Positions 51,031-61,442 of a stretch of DNA of 64,000 bases are shown one piece after another. A program made the translations under genes and the position numbers. Within the stretch, counting starts at the first letter, position 1. Each line of letters begins with the position of its first letter. This DNA comes from Sedimentisphaerales bacterium (GTDB lineage Bacteria; Planctomycetota; Phycisphaerae; Sedimentisphaerales; Anaerobacaceae): positions 6,112,001 to 6,176,000 of the forward strand of contig OY970194.1 in NCBI GenBank assembly GCA_963708075.1. Direction: 5' to 3'. Below the pieces are notes generated by a model. It worked only from the letters and a program-made list of their open reading frames with translations. It was not told where the DNA came from and did not search any database.

Positions 51031-52464
51031 CTACGTGTTTGCCGCCTGGCCTTTGGCCGGGTTGCCGCAGCACTTCTTGTACTTCTTGCCACTGCCGCAC
51101 GGGCAGGGCTCGTCACGGCCGATCTTCGGGGTGTGCTCCACGATGGGTGTCGTGGGGGTGAATGGGGACTCGTCCTCCTGATCGGGAGCCTCTTGCTCAA
51201 GAGATTCGAGGGATTGCAGGGCCTGCTTGTGCCAAAAACGCTGCAGGGCATCCGCATTCGTAATATCCACGCCGGCTTGTTCCGCCTTCATCGCCGTTCG
51301 TTTGGCCGGTCCCCAGTTGTCGGGATCCATGGCTGTAGCGACAATCTCCTCGGACCAGCCGTGCACCGCTTGTGCAAGGGCCGACGCATCTGCCAGTGCC
51401 CCTTCGGATCCCATCCACTCCAGAAACGCCTCGACTATCGGCGCGACCTTGGCGAAGAAACCCCGCTCTCCAGTGATTTTGCGTGGGAACATGTCCAAGA
51501 GCACGCTGTGCAGTACCTGTTCATCCAACTCATCCGGATCAACTCCCTCATACGTATCGGCGTATTCGAGGAGCCGGCTTGTGATAAATCCCGCTTCGTC
51601 GAAGAGACCTTCCGGCAGGTCTGTGGCCCACGCCGATTTCATAAACCGTCTGACCAGATTGCGAGGCTCCGTCGAATCGAAATTCGCCTCTTCGGCATCG
51701 CGCTCGGCGAACCAGTCCCTCATCATTTCCCAATGGTAATCGAGCCATTCGTGCACCGGTTCCTCCCACGACTCCGGCCACTCATCCCGGTCTGCTGAGC
51801 CGTTCAGCAGTTCCACCGCCTGCTCATAGTCCGCACGGGCGCCAAATGGGTCACTTTTTCTGCTCAGCCGCTTCAGCAACTCCGTGTACTCCGTGCGTCC
51901 GAGCAAACCGAGCGTGTGGGCCGCCTCCATTCCTTCGTCCACCTCGACTTCCCCGCGGTCGGCTCGCTCCAGCAGCCCGACACACGCTTGGACGGCCTGC
52001 TCGCGAAGGCCGGCATCATCCGTCTCGGCCGCCAGAGCAGTCAGATTCCACAGATGAATCCATGCGCCCCAAGGATCCGGCTCTGCGGCTATCATATCGA
52101 GAACGGTCGGCACGATGATTGGGCCCATCGACCCGCTCGCGGCGGCCAGGACTTCCATCATCGGATCGTCATCATCCCTGCCGGCCTCGGCAAGCTTCTT
52201 GACCAGGGATTCGCCGATTCTCCGACGCCGGTCCTCGTCGAGCTTCGGCGCGGCCAGAGCGAAGATCGCCGGCACGTACAAATCGGCGTAGCAGGTCTTG
52301 CCTCGCGAGGTTTCGCGTGCCTGCTCATATGTCTTGAAAAGCTCTTCCGGCAAGTCGGGCTCCGTGGCTACGGCGTCGGCAAAGGTCTCCAGCGCAGACC
52401 ACGGGATTTCTCCCTGTGTGTGCCACAACTCCGCCCACGGCAATTGCGAGAATCTGTCGTCCAC
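51031..52464 (-). CDS. SEC-C motif protein with helical-repeat N-terminus
   Basis: [20 protein letters not shown]. Confidence 0.85.
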   Translation of the reverse strand: MDDRFSQLPWAELWHTQGEIPWSALETFADAVATEPDLPEELFKTYEQARETSRGKTCYADLYVPAIFALAAPKLDEDRRRRIGESLVKKLAEAGRDDDDPMMEVLAAASGSMGPIIVPTVLDMIAAEPDPWGAWIHLWNLTALAAETDDAGLREQAVQACVGLLERADRGEVEVDEGMEAAHTLGLLGRTEYTELLKRLSRKSDPFGARADYEQAVELLNGSADRDEWPESWEEPVHEWLDYHWEMMRDWFAERDAEEANFDSTEPRNLVRRFMKSAWATDLPEGLFDEAGFITSRLLEYADTYEGVDPDELDEQVLHSVLLDMFPRKITGERGFFAKVAPIVEAFLEWMGSEGALADASALAQAVHGWSEEIVATAMDPDNWGPAKRTAMKAEQAGVDITNADALQRFWHKQALQSLESLEQEAPDQEDESPFTPTTPIVEHTPKIGRDEPCPCGSGKKYKKCCGNPAKGQAANT

Positions 52465-52645
52465 GAACCCACTCCTTTCCAGTATCTCACCTCAATGGCG
52501 CGTACGAACTGGGCCGCAGGACTGTTCGGCAGGACTGCGGCATGGCTATCTTACCTGTTTCTCTCCCTGTGGCAAACAGCCGACTTTCCTGTATGATAAG
52601 CGTTTTGCATGGACTGTATGGATCTACTGCCCAAGGGGTATGCTG

Positions 52646-53371
52646 ATGCATTTGAAGAGTGTGACATTTCGTCCGGACCAGTATCCGACGCGGGAGCATT
52701 ATCCGTTTACGCTTGATGTCCTCTGCCGCACGAGCGGGCTTGCCTTCAATACGCCCGTGACACTGTTCGTCGGCGAGAACGGGACGGGCAAATCGACCCT
52801 GCTTCAGGCTCTGGCCCTGAAGGCGGGCATCTACATCTGGCAGGAGCGGAGCAGGACGCGGTTCGACGTCAACCCCTACGAGGAAACGCTGCATCGCTAC
52901 ATTTCCGTAGAGTGGACCGACGGCACTGTGCCGGGCTCGTTTTTCGGCTCGTCCGTCTTCCAGGATTTCGCTCGTATCCTCGACGAATGGGCCTCGACGG
53001 ACCCCGGCCTGCTCGACTACTTCGGCGGCAAGTCCCTCCTGACCCAGTCTCATGGCCAGTCGATCATGTCCTTCTTCAGGGCCCGCTACGCCATCAAGGG
53101 CCTCTACCTGCTCGATGAGCCGGAGACCTCGCTATCCCCCAAGAGCCAGATTGCCTTGCTCGATCTGTTGGCGAAGATGACCGCCGCCGGTCACGCGCAG
53201 TTCATCATCGCCACGCACTCGCCCATCCTCTTGTCCTGCCCCGGCGCCACGATCTACAGCTTCGACCAAGCCCTCATCGCCCCGATTGCCTACGAACAAA
53301 CCGACCACTACAGGCTCTACAAGGCCTTTATGGCTGATCCTTATGGTCATAAGCCGCTCCAGGCTTCGTGA
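52646..53371 (+). CDS. Predicted ABC-type ATPase (COG3910-like)
   Basis: GENGTGKST; QSHGQS; LLDEPE; IIATHSP. Confidence 0.88.
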   Translation: MHLKSVTFRPDQYPTREHYPFTLDVLCRTSGLAFNTPVTLFVGENGTGKSTLLQALALKAGIYIWQERSRTRFDVNPYEETLHRYISVEWTDGTVPGSFFGSSVFQDFARILDEWASTDPGLLDYFGGKSLLTQSHGQSIMSFFRARYAIKGLYLLDEPETSLSPKSQIALLDLLAKMTAAGHAQFIIATHSPILLSCPGATIYSFDQALIAPIAYEQTDHYRLYKAFMADPYGHKPLQAS

Positions 53372-53398
53372 CCGACACGTTGTCTGCTCCGCACAGAG

Positions 53399-54310
53399 CT
53401 ACTTGGGTTTGGCCAGTTCTGCGGCGATGAGGTCGATCTCCGCGTCGGTGATTTTGGATCTTGTGGTCTTGAGCATGTGGACGAAGTGGGGGATTTCGTT
53501 TTTGGGCTCGACGGGAAAGCCGATGTTGCCGAAACCAGGTTTGGTCGAGGTGATGAGAATCCGGCCGTCCCGGTCCAGGAACGCAAACCAGGGAAAGCAG
53601 CCCTCTTCCGTGGGCTTTCGAACTCTCTGCATCACATCCGTCGCCCTTTTCATTCGCTGCAGGTCGATCTTGACGACGACGTAATCCTTCCTCAGGATCG
53701 TCTCGATCCGGGGTTTGGCGAGAAACGCATCCATGCGCTGGGACCAGCCATTCGAGGGGGCGCCGATTCTAATGAAGACTCGCTTGTCGTCCCTCTTCGC
53801 CTGGGCAAGGGCCGAGGCGAACACGTCGTTTGCGTCCAATGGAGCGGCTTTCCACTTCTCCAGGAATGCCTTCACCTTTGCCGGATCGTGTTTGTCCCCT
53901 ATCTCCAATGAACCGGTTTCCTGCTCGGTCACTTTCTTGCCCGCCGAGTCGAGCACGGTCAGGTATGGATAGGCATTCGCCTTGATCTGCCACTTCTCGA
54001 TCGTGGGTTTGTCGGCCCGACTGTCGACCATCACCAATTCGTGTTCATCACGAAGCAACGTCTGGATTGCCTTATCCTTTTGAAAGAGGTCGTGAAGCTT
54101 ATCGCACCACCCGCACCAGTTGCCGCCAATCTTCAGGAGGACACGCTTGTTCTCCCGCTTGGCCGCAACCAGAGCCTGCTCGACTCGCTCCATGCCTTTG
54201 CCATCCTCCTGGTAGATCGGCTCGCGCTTTGGTTTCGCCTGCTCGCCGGCGGCAAAGGCCGGGATACACAGGAGCAACGCACCGAGGGATATCATTACGC
54301 TCCGATACAT
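53399..54310 (-). CDS. Exported tandem thioredoxin-fold protein
   Basis: Signal peptide; GGNWCGWC; second homologous domain reads GAPSNGWS. Confidence 0.82.
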   Translation of the reverse strand: MYRSVMISLGALLLCIPAFAAGEQAKPKREPIYQEDGKGMERVEQALVAAKRENKRVLLKIGGNWCGWCDKLHDLFQKDKAIQTLLRDEHELVMVDSRADKPTIEKWQIKANAYPYLTVLDSAGKKVTEQETGSLEIGDKHDPAKVKAFLEKWKAAPLDANDVFASALAQAKRDDKRVFIRIGAPSNGWSQRMDAFLAKPRIETILRKDYVVVKIDLQRMKRATDVMQRVRKPTEEGCFPWFAFLDRDGRILITSTKPGFGNIGFPVEPKNEIPHFVHMLKTTRSKITDAEIDLIAAELAKPK

Positions 54311-54611
54311 AGGTTCTCTCCTATTCCTCGTGTCTCCGGCATTTCCACGTCTCTTCGCTGGTGCTTTCGAGAATACCCCGGCGCGAGTGGCGAGTCAATT
54401 GCAATAGCAGAGCAATCGGGCCCTGGTCCTGTGGGCGTCTGTCTTTCCTATAGTGTATCTGTTCACAGCGAGAATGTCCTCGTGTAGCTTCGTCGCCCTG
54501 GGTTTCCTGCTACGGTTCTTTGAGGCAAAGGAGAGTCTCTTCGTCAAACGGAGATTTCGGCCGGAGAAACCACCGGCAACAGAATTGCCGACGGAGAAGT
54601 GACGCGTCTTC

Positions 54612-54800
54612 TTAGAATTCATCTCTGAGCCCGGCCATCCACTGGGGCCAGACCGGCTCAGGGGCCTTGATGTCAAATGAGCGGCGCCACTTGAGTTTCC
54701 AAAGCTGCGTGAGCGCGACTTTCCGGACGGACCGGTCGGCGAAGACACAGTACCGGGCTCCGCCGTGACGGTTGACGCACAAACGCTGCATCTCGTGCTG
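54612..54800 (-). pseudogene. Orphan C-terminal fragment of a prepilin H-X9-DG-type gene
   Basis: RLCVNRHGG...FADRSVRKVALTQLWKLKW...WPQWM aligns by eye with the C-terminus of 60475-61305. Confidence 0.7.
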
Positions 54801-54933
54801 ATTGACCGCCATCAGGATGGACATCAGCGGGGCGATCACGCACCGGCGCCCGTGCGCTGAGCCGAAGCAGCCGGACCTCTCCGCCGACGCGGGCAGAAAG
54901 GTCCGGCTGCTGACTTGAATTGACCAATCATCG

Positions 54934-57900
54934 TCACGGCTTGTTCACCGTGGTAGAAGTCTTCACGTTGGCGGCTGGATCGTATGAGAAGCTGCTGTGC
55001 GTAATATTGGTCACGGTGAAGATCATCGAGGTGCTGGTCTTGCTGTTGCTGCTGGCCAGGGTGATCTTCCCGTCGCTGCCGGTCATGCCTATGCTGACGC
55101 CCATTACGGCTCCACTCCACGTGCCGGTCACGGTCGCTCCGGAGACCGGCGCTCCGGACTGATCAACGACAGTCACCGTGACTGTCGCAGCCCATTGACT
55201 GCTGTTGCCTCGGACAGTCGCGGTCCCGTCGAGGCCACCCACGTGCATGGTCGGGACAGCGCCTTGTACGGTGACTGTGACCGTCGCCGTCACTCCGCCG
55301 GCGAGCGTGTAGGAGAAGGAATCACTTCCAGAGTAGCTCGCAGCCGGCGTGTACGTAATCGTCTCATTGGCATTCAATATGGGCGTGCCGTGGCCCGCAG
55401 CGCTCACGGAGACAACATCCAGGGCGCTGTCTACATCAGAGTCGTTGGCCAATACGTTGATGGTGACAGGGGTGTCCTGCGCCGTCGTTGCGATGTCATT
55501 CCCGGCGACCGGCAGGTCGTCCACCGGGTTGATGGTGACCGTGACGGTTGCCGTGTCTGTGCCGCCCCTGCCGTCGCCGGCCGTATACGTGAAGCTGTCC
55601 CCGCCGTTTGCGTTTGCATTCGGAGTGTACGTCACCGTAGTTCCATTGAAAGTCACCGCGCCCTTGGAAGCTGGCGTGACAGAAATGATCGACAGCGTAT
55701 CGCCATCGATGTCGATGTCGTTGCCCAACACCGAAATCACCACAGGCGCATCTTCATTCGTCGTGGCGCTGTCATCAGAGGCGCTGGGTGCGGTGTTGCT
55801 GCCGGCGGCGGCCCCTGTGATCACGATATCGTCGATCATGGCCATGTCGCTGCCGGCACTGCCATTGGTGCGGAAGCGGATCCTGAATGATGACGGCGCA
55901 GGCGATATGTCGTGGGAGAACTGCGCCCAACCCGTGGCGCCCGTCAACGTGTTCAACTGGTGCCACGTACTGCCATCATGAGACCATTCGACGTAGAGGT
56001 ACTCGCTCCCCGCCTTCAGGCCGGCGGTTCTGGCCCAATATGTAAACGTGGCGTCCGTCGCACCGCCGGTGTTGATAGTGGTCGCTACCGAGGCAGCCCT
56101 CTTCAGGAGGGCACCGTAGGTCCCGCTGTGAGCAGACGTGGTCTCCACCGTGGCCTGTCCGCTGGTGACCCATCCCCCGGCGGTGAATCCGCCGCTCTCA
56201 AAACCTTCGCTGAAGAGCGAGGGGACTTCGACCGTGATGACGACCTCGTCGGTATCGGACAAGCCGCTGCCGTCGGTGACCGTCAGAGTCACACTGTAAA
56301 CGCCCGGAGCGAGGAAGGGCACATCCTGCGCCACTGCCGCGTTCGCGATCTCAACTGTGCCAATGGTCCAGAGGTATGAGACAATCGAGGCGGCGGGGGA
56401 GGAGGCTGAGCCATTGAGCGTGACCAACTCCGTGCCGTCCCCATCATTGTCAACCACCGTCTGATCGACGCCGGCATTAGCTACGGGGGGAACATCGCCG
56501 GTGGGGACGAAAGTGACGATCAACTCCGGGCGATAGGCTGCGGTGCCGTACTCGGCCGACGCGATATGCCACCCGTCGGTGCCGTTGGGCAGCACGGCCC
56601 AACCGTTGTTCACCATCGCACCACTGACCCAGCTTTGCACGGTGCCCGTAACGTTCAGGTCCACGTATCCCACGCTGTTCGTGCCGACGCTCGCATCAGC
56701 GATGGACATCGCTTCCACCCCATCGGCCGTGACGCCGTTGGTCAGCGAGTTCCATGTGGACGTGTCGGACCAGGACTGCAGCATAGCGTGAAAATGACCG
56801 CCGTTTCCGGTGTCCAGCGAGTTCAGACGCAGTGTGGCGGAACTGACACCGGCGCCCGGCGGAATCTGATCCGCGGCCTCGCCGATAATGCTGTCGAAGC
56901 GCAGCAGCACCTGAGAGACCCCGCCCAACGAACTTGCAGTATCGACGTTGAGGCTGGATTCGCTGCTGTAGGGGGTGTCCGCCGTGCCGGAAACGATCAT
57001 GGTGTCGCTCGTGCCGGCATAGCCGCTGAGGCCCTGCTGGAAGTGAAGCGTCTGCGGGGCCACGATAAACGTGTCGATCCGAACGGTCAGGATTGTATCG
57101 GGCATCGGGTTGCCGAGGATATCGCTGATGCCGCGCACCGTGATCGCGTACGTGCCGTTTCCGAAGACGGCGCCTGCCGGTTCGAGCGTGATAATACCGG
57201 CGCTCGCACCGTAGGCAAATGTGTAATCGGTGCCTGAAGTCAGGCTCTCTATCGAAACGGTCTCCGGCCCGAGCGGCGGGTCATTATCAATACCTTCAAA
57301 GTCGGTGAGTTGTATCTGGAAGCTGGGCTGGGTCGTGTTGACGGTGACCTGGTCGTCAGCCGGATTGAGATCGGCCGGACCGTTGTCCAGCGGGACCGCC
57401 AGGTCGGCGCGGGGAGGACCATCGGGGCCATCGCTCGTGATGAAAACCGGAGAGGAAAACGCCTCATCCCCATCCGTCTGAGTGACCTTGCAGTAGAGGT
57501 AGTCGCCTTTTTGTGTAAACAGTTCGCAGGTGACGGTGGGGAAAGTGGCGCCCGACAGGTACTCTGTGTGCACAATGTAGCCATTCCGAATGATCTCAAC
57601 CTGGGTGAAGCCTTCCGCGTCGCGGTCTGCGGCTTTCACTACGACCTGATTCGAACCGCCTGCAGCCCCCGAGCCCATCTCGTGGCCGTCGACCTGGAAG
57701 GACAGTTCGAGGTTCTCGTCGAGCGTCGAGTAGAAACACTGGGTGCTCAGGGCATCGTTGATCGCCTGGCGGTTATTGGAACCGGATATGACGGCCAGCC
57801 GGTAGTTGCCCTCACCCCAGGTGCCGTCATGATTGTCCTCTGAGCCGCCGGCGCCAATGAACCAGCCTTCGAGCAGCGCTTCATCGTAATGCCCGGACCG

Positions 57901-58473
57901 GTCTCTGCTGTCGCTCGTATACCCGCTGTTGTAGTAGAGAACGCCATCCCTGTTCCACAATTCCATCCCGACGATGCGGGCCGAGTACGCGCCGGTGAAA
58001 TGCTCGAACTCAGTTCCGGAATCGTAGCGGCCGGGATGATTCAAGAACGCCACGCCGCCGTACGTATTCAGCCAACTCATGAACTCGCTGAATGTATCCG
58101 TCGTGCTGTTGTTGGCTGAAGTGAACGTGACGGGGTTGATGACGGCGACGTGACCGTACGTGCCGGAGGTCCATTCGAATCCATAGAAGGCGCTGAAGAA
58201 ATCCGGATCATCCGCTGCATCCGCAGCCGCTTTCATCCGTGCAAACTCATCTACGGTCAACTGCTCACCGTGATCGGCCAGGCCAAAGAAATCCAGTCCG
58301 GCCGCCCTGGCATCAATGTAGGCCTGCTCGGGTGTACCGACGGCGCCTGAAAGCTCACTATGGTTGTGCAGGTGGCCGAAGTAGATATTCGGAGTGCCGA
58401 TCAGAGACTCCCCTTGTGACACTCCCGATGCGACCGACAGGCAAAGCGCAAGAACGTGAAGCCGACGTCCCAT
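54934..58473 (-). CDS. Secreted modular protein: PHP-family metallohydrolase, DNRLRE-like, PKD and Ig/cadherin-like repeats
   Basis: HLHNHS, ADH, GFEW, NHP, EDNH; LLRFD...RPELIVT; PVANAG; NTAPSASDD / YTPNANANGGDSFTY. Confidence 0.8.
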   Translation of the reverse strand: MGRRLHVLALCLSVASGVSQGESLIGTPNIYFGHLHNHSELSGAVGTPEQAYIDARAAGLDFFGLADHGEQLTVDEFARMKAAADAADDPDFFSAFYGFEWTSGTYGHVAVINPVTFTSANNSTTDTFSEFMSWLNTYGGVAFLNHPGRYDSGTEFEHFTGAYSARIVGMELWNRDGVLYYNSGYTSDSRDRSGHYDEALLEGWFIGAGGSEDNHDGTWGEGNYRLAVISGSNNRQAINDALSTQCFYSTLDENLELSFQVDGHEMGSGAAGGSNQVVVKAADRDAEGFTQVEIIRNGYIVHTEYLSGATFPTVTCELFTQKGDYLYCKVTQTDGDEAFSSPVFITSDGPDGPPRADLAVPLDNGPADLNPADDQVTVNTTQPSFQIQLTDFEGIDNDPPLGPETVSIESLTSGTDYTFAYGASAGIITLEPAGAVFGNGTYAITVRGISDILGNPMPDTILTVRIDTFIVAPQTLHFQQGLSGYAGTSDTMIVSGTADTPYSSESSLNVDTASSLGGVSQVLLRFDSIIGEAADQIPPGAGVSSATLRLNSLDTGNGGHFHAMLQSWSDTSTWNSLTNGVTADGVEAMSIADASVGTNSVGYVDLNVTGTVQSWVSGAMVNNGWAVLPNGTDGWHIASAEYGTAAYRPELIVTFVPTGDVPPVANAGVDQTVVDNDGDGTELVTLNGSASSPAASIVSYLWTIGTVEIANAAVAQDVPFLAPGVYSVTLTVTDGSGLSDTDEVVITVEVPSLFSEGFESGGFTAGGWVTSGQATVETTSAHSGTYGALLKRAASVATTINTGGATDATFTYWARTAGLKAGSEYLYVEWSHDGSTWHQLNTLTGATGWAQFSHDISPAPSSFRIRFRTNGSAGSDMAMIDDIVITGAAAGSNTAPSASDDSATTNEDAPVVISVLGNDIDIDGDTLSIISVTPASKGAVTFNGTTVTYTPNANANGGDSFTYTAGDGRGGTDTATVTVTINPVDDLPVAGNDIATTAQDTPVTINVLANDSDVDSALDVVSVSAAGHGTPILNANETITYTPAASYSGSDSFSYTLAGGVTATVTVTVQGAVPTMHVGGLDGTATVRGNSSQWAATVTVTVVDQSGAPVSGATVTGTWSGAVMGVSIGMTGSDGKITLASSNSKTSTSMIFTVTNITHSSFSYDPAANVKTSTTVNKP

Positions 58474-58868
58474 GATGACCCCTTTCACCGTTGTGGTGTA
58501 TGCAAACCGCCCGCCCGGGTGACATTTACCGAAACAACACCTCCTCACCAATGGCTGTGAGTCGTATCACCCAATGTCGCTCCTTCTTCGCGGGTCCTTT
58601 CGAAACCCTTACCCTTACAGGGTATTATACCACGACTCTCCCCGTCAACCAGCAATTTTAATGGGAAATGTCCTTCTCTTCCTGCCAACAGTGCGGGTTG
58701 CGGGCTTCTGCCGGTGTGGGGCCGCCTTCCTGGGATTGCATAATCTTATCTACTTGACACCCGGGACTTCAGACTTGAGACTTCCCTGATACTCTTATAG
58801 ATGCCCTGCGAACGCGAGGTGCGTTGTTGCGGGTGACAGTGACGGATGCATTCTGAAGGGGAACAACG

Positions 58869-59375
58869 ATGCGGATTGGGATTATTTCGGACACACACGA
58901 CAATCGGCGAAACGTCATGCAGGCAATTGAGATTTTCCGCACGACCGGCGTACAGTATATTCTACATGCGGGGGACATCGTGGCGCCGTTCACGACGAAG
59001 GCATTCGGCGAGCTGCGCAGCGCGAAATTCATCGCGGTCTTTGGAAATAACGACGGCGAGAAGCTCCTGCTGAAGCGCACCGTCGAGGACTTCGGAGGCG
59101 AGATTCACGAGTACTGCTACAAAGGCGAGCTGGACGGCCGGAAGATCTGCATGATGCACACGGACCACTTGGCCGAGGACGCGGTCAAGAGCCAGTTGTA
59201 CGATCTGGTCATCTACGGCCACACGCACCACCCGGACATCCGCCGGGAGGGCAGGACCCTGGTCGTCAATCCCGGCGAAGCGACAGACTGGCTCACCGGC
59301 TCCGGTCATCTGGTGATTGTGGACCTGAAAGACATGACCCATAGGGTCGAGCCGCTGGAGTGGTGGGTAGTATAG
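58869..59375 (+). CDS. Metallophosphoesterase (YfcE/MJ0936 family)
   Basis: ISDTH; HAGD; GNND; GHTH; NPG. Confidence 0.92.
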   Translation: MRIGIISDTHDNRRNVMQAIEIFRTTGVQYILHAGDIVAPFTTKAFGELRSAKFIAVFGNNDGEKLLLKRTVEDFGGEIHEYCYKGELDGRKICMMHTDHLAEDAVKSQLYDLVIYGHTHHPDIRREGRTLVVNPGEATDWLTGSGHLVIVDLKDMTHRVEPLEWWVV

Positions 59376-59438
59376 TTGCGGATTGCGGATCGGTGTGTGG
59401 GCACTCAATCCGCAATCCGCAATCGTCAATCCGCAATC
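59376..59438. repeat. Inverted heptamer-repeat hairpin between convergent stop codons
   Basis: TTGCGGATTGCGGAT ... AATCCGC AATCCGC AATCGTC AATCCGC AATC. Confidence 0.78.
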
Positions 59439-59440
59439 GG

Positions 59441-60325
59441 TCAGCGGATCAATTTCTTGAAGTTCTTAAGGGACAGGTCGACAGCGGTCAGAGGGTCAAG
59501 ACCTTCCTTCTCTTCCTCGATGATGTACCACCTGGTGCCGCCTTTGCGGCAGAGTTGCAGGACCTCGGCCCAGGGGATGTCGCCTTCACCGATCAAGGCC
59601 TTCGGGTTCGTCTTGGAGTGTTCCTTGAGGTGGATCGTCGTGGCCCGGCCGGGATAGCGCTTCAGGTACACGAGCGGATCGCCGCCGCCGTCGAGGGCAT
59701 TGCCCGTGTCGAACTGCATGATGACGTCCTTGGTGGTGTTACTGGCAAGGAGGTCCCAGCCCGTTGTGCCATCGACGGGGGCGAAATCGTGAGCATGGTT
59801 GTGATAGCCGACCTGCATGCCGTGCGGCTTGACCTTCACGGCCAGCTCGTTGAATCGTTTGGCGTAGTCGAGCCAGCCCTGCTTGGGATTATCTTCCTTC
59901 GGCTGAAGCCACGGGCAAATCAGGTACTTGTTGCCGATTGTCTTGTTGAAGGCGATGGTGTCGGCGAGCTTGTTGTCGGCGAGGTCTGCCCACTGCGTAT
60001 GCGAGCCGCAGCAGACGATGCCGTTGTCGTCGAGGATCTTGCGGATGTCCTTGGCCGAATGGCCGTACCAGCCGGCGAACTCGACGCCCTCGTAGCCCAT
60101 CTTCGCCACCTTCGCGACCGTGCCGGACAGGTCCTTCTCCGCAGCGACACGGACGGAGTAAAGCTGCAGGCCGACAGGAATGACGCCTCTCTTGGGTGCG
60201 GCGGTTGTCTTGGTTCGCTCCTTCATACAGCCAGACCCCATAATGCCCGCGGCGGCCAGTGACGCTACGGTGGTTGCCAGGAAATCCCGACGTGACACGC
60301 TTGGATGGTTCGTCCCTGCTTTCAT
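59441..60325 (-). CDS. Sugar phosphate isomerase/epimerase (AP endonuclease 2 TIM barrel) with Tat signal
   Basis: SRRDFL; GLQLYSVR; YHNH; DTGN; HLKE. Confidence 0.9.
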   Translation of the reverse strand: MKAGTNHPSVSRRDFLATTVASLAAAGIMGSGCMKERTKTTAAPKRGVIPVGLQLYSVRVAAEKDLSGTVAKVAKMGYEGVEFAGWYGHSAKDIRKILDDNGIVCCGSHTQWADLADNKLADTIAFNKTIGNKYLICPWLQPKEDNPKQGWLDYAKRFNELAVKVKPHGMQVGYHNHAHDFAPVDGTTGWDLLASNTTKDVIMQFDTGNALDGGGDPLVYLKRYPGRATTIHLKEHSKTNPKALIGEGDIPWAEVLQLCRKGGTRWYIIEEEKEGLDPLTAVDLSLKNFKKLIR

Positions 60326-60474
60326 GCTCCTTACCTCATCTCATCTCGTGGATGATCCGGTTTCGGCGGCGGATCCTTCGCCTCAACTGCCAAAGCTGAA
60401 CGGGCGTGATTCTATCCGGCGTGTGTCCCGCGGTCAAGTGGAATCGGCAAGGCCGTGTCCCGGGTGCGGGAGTC

Positions 60475-61305
60475 TCAGTAGTCTTTGAACCTGCGCATCC
60501 AGTCGGGCCAGCGGTCGCCGGTGACGCCACCGGCGCGGGTCCACTGGCCTCGGGCGTTGAAATCAGGACTCCAGTCGAGGGTCCAGAGCTCTTTGATGCC
60601 GACTTTGCGGACGGACCAGTCCATGAAGAGGGTGTTGACGAATCCGCCGTGACGCGGGATGCAGAAAGGCCTGATGCTGTTGCTGTTGCTGATATTGGGA
60701 TTTGTGGCGGCCTCGGTCTCGGTCTGTGGCGGGATGTCGTTATGGGTCGGATAGCCTGCCCACAGGGCGCCATCCAGCATGATCGGCACGTGGTTGCCGC
60801 CTCTCTTGTAGATGCTCGACCATCGCTTCTGCTTCGGTGGAGGCGTTGCCCCGTGGCCTTCGCCGCCATCGTAAGCGGGAGTAAAACCGTTGACCGCATA
60901 GCTGCCGGCGCGGTACGGGTGTTTCGGGCAGTACCAAGCCAGGTACGTGCCGCCGGCCCCCGTTCGGCTTGTCTTCCGCGTGGCCACCGGGCAGAACTCC
61001 TCGAAAGTGAAATTGTCAAGGTAATAGGCAAACTGCTGTGTCCGGCAGTAGTCCAAGGCATCGCGGTCGCGGAGGCGGCCCTCGTTGCTCTCGCCCAGCG
61101 TCGCGAACAGCATGCCCCACTGGTGCAGGTTCGCCGCGCAGACCGTTGCCTTTGCCTGTTTGCGCACGTTCTGCAGGACGGGCATGAGGATCGCCATCAG
61201 CAGCGCGATGACGGCAATGACGACGAGCAACTCGATGAGTGTGAACGCGCGGCGGCGGGCCCCGCCCCGCAAATGAGAAGTCCGACCCGTTCGACTCTCT
61301 GTCAT
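60475..61305 (-). CDS. Prepilin-type N-terminal cleavage/methylation protein with H-X9-DG-like C-terminal motif
   Basis: AFTLIELLVVIAVIALLMAILMP; RHGGFVNTLFMDW. Confidence 0.88.
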   Translation of the reverse strand: MTESRTGRTSHLRGGARRRAFTLIELLVVIAVIALLMAILMPVLQNVRKQAKATVCAANLHQWGMLFATLGESNEGRLRDRDALDYCRTQQFAYYLDNFTFEEFCPVATRKTSRTGAGGTYLAWYCPKHPYRAGSYAVNGFTPAYDGGEGHGATPPPKQKRWSSIYKRGGNHVPIMLDGALWAGYPTHNDIPPQTETEAATNPNISNSNSIRPFCIPRHGGFVNTLFMDWSVRKVGIKELWTLDWSPDFNARGQWTRAGGVTGDRWPDWMRRFKDY

Positions 61306-61442
61306 ATCTGTCCCTGTCAAGGTAGATCCATTATACCGCACAGGTTCTCGCCTGTGCAATCAAAACACTCCGCGTACACAAGCCGCGATTTCCTTTTCAT
61401 CTCGTACTTGGTAGACTACCGTGAGATAGATGGGGGTTCTGG

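Noticed and set aside
54480..54600. c-di-GMP-I-like riboswitch (GGCAAA motif plus hairpins)
   Set aside because: The GNRA loop/receptor and GCAAA spacing do not fit, and the orientation is opposite to the adjacent gene; needs an Rfam scan
58765..58785. Three GACTT(C/G)N heptamer units after a TTGACA
   Set aside because: Too short and without an inverted partner; may be chance or promoter sequence
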